From: an uncultured Chloroflexia bacterium | Lineage (GTDB): Bacteria > Chloroflexota > Limnocylindria > Limnocylindrales > CSP1-4 | Assembly (NCBI GenBank): GCA_963768655.1 | Contig: CAVYIM010000007.1 | Span: 83,965 to 147,964 of the forward strand | Direction: 5' to 3' | Length of the DNA stretch: 64,000 bases | Shown: positions 57,137-64,000 of the stretch, in pieces | Layout: every line of letters starts with the position of its first letter | Position numbering within the stretch: the stretch's first letter is position 1 | The notes under the pieces: model-generated | Databases searched by the model: none | Seen by the model: the letters and a program-made list of their open reading frames with translations, nothing else | Told to the model about the DNA's origin: nothing | Translations under genes and position numbers: made by a program

Positions 57137-57985
57137 ATGCCCGGCGCCCGACACTCCAGCTTCCGGATCGAGGACCCCGGCCGCGCGCCCTCGGCGATGC
57201 GACGGGGTCCCACTGTATTCGCGCCCGGTGCCCGTGCCGGCCGGTTCGAGGTCGCGCCCTGGCATAGTGAGAGACTCGACCCGGACTTCGCCGAAGAACG
57301 GATCCTCTGGTCGCGCGGCTTCCGCTACGTCGCCGGCATCGACGAGGTCGGTCGAGGCTGCCTGGCGGGCCCGGTCGCCGCGGCGGCGGTCATCCTGCCG
57401 CCCAACTGGAGGCCGCGGGGCCTGCGCGACTCCAAGCTGCTCAAGCCCGAGGATCGGCGGCGCCTCGACGTGGAGATCCGTGGCCGGGCGCTGGCGTGGT
57501 CGATCGCGTTCGTCGGTCCGGAGCTGATCGACCGCATCAACATTCTCCAGGCGACGCTGCTGGCAAGCACCCTGGCCGCCGCCCGCCTGCCGATCCGGCC
57601 CGACGCCCTGCTGCTCGATGCCGTCTCACTGCCCGAGGTCCGGGTCCACCAGCGCGTGCTCGTCTCCGCGGATCGGCTGTGCGCGTCGGTGGCGGCGGCT
57701 TCGGTGATCGCCAAGGTGGCTCGCGACCGGCTCATGGTGGAGATGGACGCGCGCTACCCCGGCTACGACCTGGCCCGTAACAAGGGCTATGCCGCGCCCG
57801 AGCATCGCGCCGGCCTGGCCGCTCTGGGTCTATGCCCGATTCATCGCCTCTCGTTCGCGCCCTGTCGTGATCGCGAGCAAATGGGCCTGTGGGAGGATGC
57901 GCGAGCGGACGCCGCCGATGAAGATGCCCTCGGCGAGCGGGCCGACGAGGCCGTCATGCTCGAGGAGGTCGAGCCGATCGACTGA
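57137..57985 (+). CDS. rnhB: ribonuclease HII
   Basis: Motifs are VAGIDEVGRGCLAGPVAAAAVIL, DSKLL and VAAASVIAKVARDRLM...YPGYDLARNKGY. GGGAG lies upstream. N- and C-terminal extensions are present, so the start is uncertain. Confidence 0.8.
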   Translation: MPGARHSSFRIEDPGRAPSAMRRGPTVFAPGARAGRFEVAPWHSERLDPDFAEERILWSRGFRYVAGIDEVGRGCLAGPVAAAAVILPPNWRPRGLRDSKLLKPEDRRRLDVEIRGRALAWSIAFVGPELIDRINILQATLLASTLAAARLPIRPDALLLDAVSLPEVRVHQRVLVSADRLCASVAAASVIAKVARDRLMVEMDARYPGYDLARNKGYAAPEHRAGLAALGLCPIHRLSFAPCRDREQMGLWEDARADAADEDALGERADEAVMLEEVEPID

Positions 57986-58002
57986 CGCCTGCCGGAGGAG
58001 CC

Positions 58003-58401
58003 ATGGCCGAACGAACGGACCGACAGAAGGCCGGCGACACGGCCGAAAGCCTTGTCTGCGAACGCCTGGCGGCCCGGGGCTGGCAGATCCTGGCCCGCAA
58101 CGTCCACTTCGGACGCAGCGAGCTGGACATCGTCGCCATCGACCCGGGTCCGCCGGGGAGGCTCGTCGTGGTCGAGGTCCGGTGGCGGCGCTCGAGGGAG
58201 TTCGGACTGGCGGAGGAGACCTTTGACCGTCGAAAACAGGCCCATCTGAAGGCCGGGGTGGCCCGCATGCTGGAGGCGGGGTGTCTGCCCGACGGCATCG
58301 AGCTGCCTCGCCTGGCGCCGGCGTTGGACCTGGCGACAGTCGAACCCGGGACCGGCGGCCTTCCTGTCGTGCGCCTCTACCGGAATGCGCTTGGGGGTTG
58401 A
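58003..58401 (+). CDS. yraN: YraN family (UPF0102) endonuclease-like protein
   Basis: Motifs are GDTAESLVCERLAARGWQILARNVHFGRSELDIVAID and LVVVEVRWRRS. GGAGG lies upstream. Confidence 0.75.
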   Translation: MAERTDRQKAGDTAESLVCERLAARGWQILARNVHFGRSELDIVAIDPGPPGRLVVVEVRWRRSREFGLAEETFDRRKQAHLKAGVARMLEAGCLPDGIELPRLAPALDLATVEPGTGGLPVVRLYRNALGG

Positions 58402-58533
58402 CCGCCAGTTCTGGCGACCGACGACCGACTGATCGCGGCGTATTGGGATTGGCTGCCGCGGACCGGGTGAGCCGCCGGCCACGCAAGCAGCCGGCTGCGC
58501 ATCGACACGGCCGGCTGGGGCCGGTCGCCGCTG

Positions 58534-58542
58534 TGCTACACT
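58534..58542 (+). promoter_or_regulatory. candidate extended -10 box TGcTACACT upstream of rpsB (predicts a ~160-nt leader)
   Basis: The sequence is gctgTGcTACACTcccc. No good -35 box was seen. The same TACACTCC string occurs at 51208-51215 upstream of ffh. Confidence 0.3.
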
Positions 58543-58710
58543 CCCCGCCGGCCGTCGCGTCGCGAGGGCCCCCGCTTCGTGTCCGCGTCATGGCGGGCGG
58601 AGCGGAGATCACACGCAGAGTTGCCGTGTCGGGGCGGTGCCGGAGCCGCGTTTGGCGGACCGGTTCCCGACAGGAGCGCTGCGGAGGAAGCAACCGCAGG
58701 AGGTCAGTTC

Positions 58711-59655
58711 ATGCCGTCCGTTTCGATGCGACAGCTCCTGGAGGCTGGGATCCATTTCGGCCACCAGACTCGTCGCTGGAATCCCAAGATGCGCCCGTTC
58801 ATCTTCGCGGAGCGCAACGGGATCCACATCATCGACCTGGCCCAGACCGTCAAGCGGCTTGACGTCGCCCTCGATGCCGCCCGCGACACGGTCGCGCGCG
58901 GCGACAGCGTCCTTTTCATCGGCACCAAGAAGCAGGCCCAGGAGCCGATCGCCCAGGAGGCGACCCGCGCCGGCCAGCCGTACGTGAACCGCCGCTGGCT
59001 CGGCGGCATGCTCACCAACTTCATCACGATCAAGAAGCGCATAGCCCTCCTCGATCAGCTCGAGGCACGCCAGGCAAGCGGTGACTTCGAGCGGCTGACG
59101 AAGAAGGAAGTCGCCAAGCTTGTCGAGGAAATGGACCACCTGCGCGACGCGTTCGGCGGCATCCGCAAGATGAAGCGCCTGCCGGGGATGGTCTTCATCG
59201 TCGACCCGCACCGCGAGCGGATCGCGGTGACGGAATCCCGCAAGCTCGAGATCCCGATCATCGGTACTGGCGACACCAACGTCGACCCGGACGAGCTGGA
59301 CTACATCATCCCGGCCAACGACGACGCGATCCGTGCCATTCGGCTGCTCTGTTCGCTGGTGGCCGATGCCTGCGTCGAGGGCCAGCGCGAGCGCGGTGCA
59401 CGTGCCAGCGCCGAGATCGAGGCACCCGAGGCGCCGGCCGAACCCGAGATCGAGGAGACTGCCTCCGAGGAGCTCGTCGCGGCCCTTGCGGGCGGCGGCG
59501 CCCTCACGTTCGAACCCGACGTGGATGAGGAGGAAGTCTTGCTGCCCGGCGTGCGAGCCATCCCGTCCCACCCGCGCGACGCCGAGGGTGAAGAGACTCC
59601 CCGCAGTCGCGAAGAGACGCCCCGAACTCGGGAAGAGACCGCGCGCTCCCACTGA
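58711..59655 (+). CDS. rpsB: 30S ribosomal protein S2 with repetitive acidic/basic C-terminal extension
   Basis: GGAGG lies upstream of the ATG at 58711. The N-terminus is [32 protein letters not shown]. The C-terminal tail ends with three 21-bp repeats ([21 protein letters not shown], 59590-59652). Confidence 0.9.
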   Translation: MPSVSMRQLLEAGIHFGHQTRRWNPKMRPFIFAERNGIHIIDLAQTVKRLDVALDAARDTVARGDSVLFIGTKKQAQEPIAQEATRAGQPYVNRRWLGGMLTNFITIKKRIALLDQLEARQASGDFERLTKKEVAKLVEEMDHLRDAFGGIRKMKRLPGMVFIVDPHRERIAVTESRKLEIPIIGTGDTNVDPDELDYIIPANDDAIRAIRLLCSLVADACVEGQRERGARASAEIEAPEAPAEPEIEETASEELVAALAGGGALTFEPDVDEEEVLLPGVRAIPSHPRDAEGEETPRSREETPRTREETARSH

Positions 59656-59739
59656 CCCAACGAACTCATCCGCCGGGCGGCCGGCGCCGACCCGCCGACC
59701 GGCCGCGTATATGCAAGCGACAGGAGACACGAGAACACG

Positions 59740-60335
<596 letters not shown>

Positions 60336-60339
<4 letters not shown>

Positions 60340-61133
60340 GCGAGGCCAAAGCGGCCAGGGCCACGTCCGCAGGCGCCGTCGCCGTCGAATCTGTCGACGG
60401 GGGCGCCACGCGGCCGCGCTATCGTCGGATCCTCCTGAAGCTGTCCGGAGAGGCCCTGCTCGGGTCTCGCCAGTACGGCGTCGATCCAGACTTCTGCGCA
60501 TTCATCGCGGCCCAGGTCGCCGAGGTTCACCGACTCGGTGTCCAGATCGGCATCGTCGTCGGTGGCGGGAACATCTTCCGCGGACTGGCTGCCGCGGCCA
60601 AGGGAATGGACCGCGCCACCGGCGACTACATCGGCATGCTGGCCACCGTGATGAACGCGCTGGCACTCCAGGACGCTATCGAGAAGGCTGGCGTCCAGAC
60701 CCGAGTCATGAGCGCCATCGGGATGAACGAGGTCGCCGAGCCATACATCCGCAGGCGCGCCGTGCGCCACCTGGAGAAGGGGCGAGTGATCATCCTGGCC
60801 GCAGGTACGGGCAACCCGTACTTCACGACCGACACCGCCGCCGCGCTCCGGGCCGTCGAGATCGGGGCCGAGGTCATTCTCAAGGCAACCAAGGTCGACG
60901 GCGTGTACGACTCGGACCCGGTCGAGAACCCGAACGCCACGCGCTACGAGCGGCTCACGTACTCCCAGGTTCTGGCCCAGCGGCTCCGCGTTCTCGATGC
61001 CACGGCCGTCTCGCTGTGCATGGAGAATGACACTCCGATCGTCGTGTTCGACCTGAACAAGCCCGAGAACATCACGCGGGTGGCCGCGGGCGAAACCGTC
61101 GGCACCCTGATCAACGGAGGCAGCCCGGCATGA
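60336..61133 (+). CDS. pyrH: UMP kinase
   Basis: The GTG at 60336 overlaps the tsf stop. Motifs are [33 protein letters not shown] and [11 protein letters not shown]. Confidence 0.9.
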
Positions 61134-61687
61134 GCAGCGAGACCTTGACCGGCACCGAACACAAGATGATGCGGGCAGTAGAGGTTCTCGAGCGAGATCT
61201 GCAAGGTATTCGCACGGGTCGCGCCTCCACGTCGCTCGTCGAGAGGATCGTGGTCGAGTACTACGGCGCGCCCACGCCCATGAATCAGCTGGCTGGCATC
61301 AGCGTCCCCGAATCGCACCAGATCGTGATCCAGCCCTGGGACCGCAATGCCATTCAGGCGATAGAGAAGGCGATCCAGAAGAGCGACATCGGCCTTGTGC
61401 CCAACAGCGACGGCACTGTCATCCGTCTCAACATTCCGCAGCTCACCGAGGAGCGTCGGCGGGACCTCGTGAAGCAGGTCCATAAGCGCATGGAAGAAGC
61501 CCGCGTCGAGATCCGCAACCTTCGTCGGGAGGCGGCCGATCAGCTCAAGAAGGAAGAGCACGACGGCACGATGGGCGCGGACGAAGGGCGGCGCGAGCAC
61601 GAAAACCTGCAGCGCGTCACCGACAAACACATCGCCGACGTGGATCGCATCGGCGCGGCGAAGGAACAGGAGATCCTGGAGGTCTAG
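61130..61687 (+). CDS. frr: ribosome recycling factor
   Basis: The ATG overlaps the pyrH stop (ATGA). Motifs are [26 protein letters not shown] and [16 protein letters not shown]. Confidence 0.9.
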   Translation: MSSETLTGTEHKMMRAVEVLERDLQGIRTGRASTSLVERIVVEYYGAPTPMNQLAGISVPESHQIVIQPWDRNAIQAIEKAIQKSDIGLVPNSDGTVIRLNIPQLTEERRRDLVKQVHKRMEEARVEIRNLRREAADQLKKEEHDGTMGADEGRREHENLQRVTDKHIADVDRIGAAKEQEILEV

Positions 61688-62550
61688 TGGCCCGTCCGAT
61701 CGACCGGCCGACCGACTCTCCGTCGATCGTCCACCGCGAGCGCCAGGCTCCGGCCGAGCCGGCCGGCGGTCCGTCGGCGTCGCAGGCGGCCCTGGTGCCG
61801 GGGCTGTCGCAGCCAATGTCGCCCGAGGCTGCGGCGGCGCCCGCCGACGTCTTCCCGGTCACGCCCCAGGAGATGCCGCGCCACGTCGCGATCATCATGG
61901 ACGGGAACCGGCGGTGGGCCCGCGCCCGCGGCTTGACCGAGATGGAGGGTCACTCCGCCGGAGTCGAGGGAATTCGCGGGATCATCCGCCACGCCGTCCG
62001 GCGCGGGATCGAAGTTCTGTCGCTGTACGCGTTCAGTCGGGAGAACTGGGCGCGGTCCGATGACGAGGTGAGCGGCCTGTTCATGCTTCTCGAGAAGGCG
62101 ATCCGCAACGAGACGGCCGAGCTCGTGGCCCAGGGCGCGCGCGTCCGCCTACTCGGGAGGATGGAGGAGCTGCCGCCCGAGACGCAGGCTTCGCTCAACG
62201 AGGCGCTCGATGCCACGGTGGGCGGCCAGCGGCTCCAGCTCAACATCGCCTTCAACTACTCCGGGCGAACGGAGCTGGTGGACGCCGCCCGGAAGCTGGT
62301 CGCGCGGGGTCTGCGGCCCGAGGAGGTCGACGAGGACGCCATGGCCGCGGCCATGTACACGGCCGGCCTGCCGGATCCGGACATGGTCATTCGTACCGGC
62401 GGCGACGAACGTCTCTCCAACTTCCTGATCTGGCAGTCGGCGTACGCCGAGATCGTCTTCACTCCAACGCTCTGGCCCGATTTCGGGCCGGCCGAGCTGG
62501 ACGCGGCCCTCCTCGAGTTCGCCAGCCGGCAGCGCCGGTTCGGGCGCTAG
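61687..62550 (+). CDS. uppS: isoprenyl transferase (undecaprenyl-diphosphate synthase family)
   Basis: Motifs are PRHVAIIMDGNRRWA, LSLYAFSRENWARS, IRTGGDERLSNFLIWQSAYAE and RRFG. A ~60-aa Pro/Ala-rich N-terminal extension makes the true start uncertain. Confidence 0.85.
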   Translation: MARPIDRPTDSPSIVHRERQAPAEPAGGPSASQAALVPGLSQPMSPEAAAAPADVFPVTPQEMPRHVAIIMDGNRRWARARGLTEMEGHSAGVEGIRGIIRHAVRRGIEVLSLYAFSRENWARSDDEVSGLFMLLEKAIRNETAELVAQGARVRLLGRMEELPPETQASLNEALDATVGGQRLQLNIAFNYSGRTELVDAARKLVARGLRPEEVDEDAMAAAMYTAGLPDPDMVIRTGGDERLSNFLIWQSAYAEIVFTPTLWPDFGPAELDAALLEFASRQRRFGR

Positions 62551-62558
62551 AGGCGGGC

Positions 62559-63386
62559 ATGCGGCAGAGGGCGCTGAGCGCATTGGTCTTCGTGCCGCCT
62601 CTGCTGATCGTGCTGGCCCTGGGCGAGCCATGGTTCGGGGCCTTGATCGCGGTCTTCGTCGCTATCGGGGCCTGGGAGGCCGGTCGGTTGCTGCGTGGCG
62701 CCGGATACGGAGCGATGCCATGGCTGATCGTGCCCGCGGCGCTGGCAGTGGCCGCGGACGTGGCGGCCCCGTCGTGGCTGGCGGGCTACGGTGACCTGCT
62801 CATCGCGGCGGTGGTCGTCGCCGCGGGAATCGCCGCCTTCGTCGAGAAGGACACGAAGGTCGGCTTCGCGGCGTGGATGGCGACGGCGTTCGGGGCGGTG
62901 TACGTCGGGTTGCTGGCGGCGCTGGTCCGTCTTGGCCTGGCCGCGCCGGCCCTCGCGTCGTCGGCCCCGGCCACGCAGCTCGGCGCGGAGCGGGGCTGGA
63001 TTCTTCTCGTGATCCTGCTGGTCTGGTCCTACGACACCGGGGCGTATCTGGTGGGCATCGCCCTGGGCAAACGCAAGTTCCTGGCTCACATCTCGCCCTC
63101 GAAGAGCTACTGGGGCCTGTTCGGTGGCCTGGTCGCCTGTACGGCGGTGGCGGTGGCCGGCTTCCTGGCCCTCGGTCAGCCACCGCTGTTGGGGCTCGCG
63201 ATGGGCCCGCTGATCGGGCTTGCGGCGCAGGCTGGCGACCTGGCCGAGTCGATGTTGAAGCGCGCGGCGGGCGCGAAGGACTCCAGCGGGCTGATTCCAG
63301 GCCACGGCGGGATACTTGACCGCGTGGATTCGTTCATCTTCGCGGCGCCCGTCGCCGCGCTCTATGTCGCCGCGCTCGTTCGCTGA
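62559..63386 (+). CDS. cdsA: phosphatidate cytidylyltransferase
   Basis: The protein is polytopic and carries the signature SMLKRAAGAKDSSGLIPGHGGILDRVDS. Confidence 0.85.
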   Translation: MRQRALSALVFVPPLLIVLALGEPWFGALIAVFVAIGAWEAGRLLRGAGYGAMPWLIVPAALAVAADVAAPSWLAGYGDLLIAAVVVAAGIAAFVEKDTKVGFAAWMATAFGAVYVGLLAALVRLGLAAPALASSAPATQLGAERGWILLVILLVWSYDTGAYLVGIALGKRKFLAHISPSKSYWGLFGGLVACTAVAVAGFLALGQPPLLGLAMGPLIGLAAQAGDLAESMLKRAAGAKDSSGLIPGHGGILDRVDSFIFAAPVAALYVAALVR

Positions 63387-63458
63387 TTCGGGCCCCGAAC
63401 CGGCGGGGGAGGGGAGCGGCCGCACTGTGGGCCGGCCGGCTGCGCTGGCAACGCCCCG

Positions 63459-64000
63459 ATGAGCAACGCGTCGATGAGCGACGCCTCCCCGATCGTGCGA
63501 GTCGCGCTGCTGGGTTCGGGCGGCTCGATCGGTCGCCAGGCCATCGACGTGCTGGGCGAGATGTCCGACGCGTTTCGGATCGTCGCTCTGGCCACCGGGT
63601 CGCAAGCGCAGTTGCTGGAAGAGCAGGCCCGCCGGTTCCGCCCGCAGATCGTGGCGCTGGCGGATGCGACTGCCGCGGCCCGTCTCGATCTCCCATCGGG
63701 CGTGGCCCGGGCCTCCGGCGCGGCCGCGCTGGAAGAGATCGTGGCGCGGCCCGACGTGGATCTGGTTCTGGTGGCCACGGGAGGCCTGGTCGCGCTGCGT
63801 TCCGTGCTGGCGGCCCTGGAGGCGGGCAAGGTGGTCGCCACGGCGAACAAGGAGACCCTCGTGGCCGGCGGGCACCTGGTCATGCCGCTGGCATGGGCCC
63901 TGGCCGATCGAAATCGTCCGCTGATGCCGTCGCCGATATCAGGCCGGACCTCCGCCGGCCCCCTCGGCTGGCTGCGCCCTATCGACTCCGAGCATTCAGC
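63459..64000 (+). CDS. dxr: 1-deoxy-D-xylulose 5-phosphate reductoisomerase (3'-partial, runs off the window)
   Basis: The frame is open from the ATG at 63459 to the window end. It is absent from the ORF track, presumably because it has no stop in the window. Motifs are VALLGSGGSIGRQAIDV, ATANKETLVAGG and PIDSEHS. Confidence 0.85.
   Translation, partial: MSNASMSDASPIVRVALLGSGGSIGRQAIDVLGEMSDAFRIVALATGSQAQLLEEQARRFRPQIVALADATAAARLDLPSGVARASGAAALEEIVARPDVDLVLVATGGLVALRSVLAALEAGKVVATANKETLVAGGHLVMPLAWALADRNRPLMPSPISGRTSAGPLGWLRPIDSEHS

Overview
This is a high-GC bacterial chromosomal window made of two different parts. The right part (~32.5-64 kb) is a tightly packed, + strand housekeeping block. 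Many neighbouring genes overlap by 4 nt (ATGA/GTGA). Gene order is topA-xerC-femAB-murE, relA/spoT, rpmF-plsX-asp23-nusB-acpP-rnc-smc-ftsY, ffh, rpsP-KH-rimM-trmD-rplS-rnhB-yraN, rpsB-tsf-pyrH-frr-uppS-cdsA-dxr. This order is typical of Actinomycetota- or Chloroflexota-like lineages, but taxonomy cannot be settled from this window. The left part (1-32 kb) is accessory and envelope-related. It holds a decayed patch of gene stubs and a candidate lipid-aminoacylation module, in which an MprF-like synthase sits between two paralogous membrane-anchored esterases. It also holds an 8-bladed PQQ-like propeller protein, a TetR-ABC unit, a multi-PAS hybrid kinase, an LCP ligase and two tandem Ig/CAP-domain genes. 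The tandem genes share a 1190-bp direct repeat that appears identical and ends abruptly. Three conserved genes (an ABC ATPase, relA/spoT and trmD) each need one base removed to restore frame, and a PAS domain is split by an in-frame TAG. These may be assembly errors or real lesions, and I cannot tell which. Several genes appear leaderless behind TGnTAGNCT extended -10 boxes. I found no rRNA, tRNA, CRISPR array or intact mobile element. All family calls come from motif recognition by eye, not database searches.
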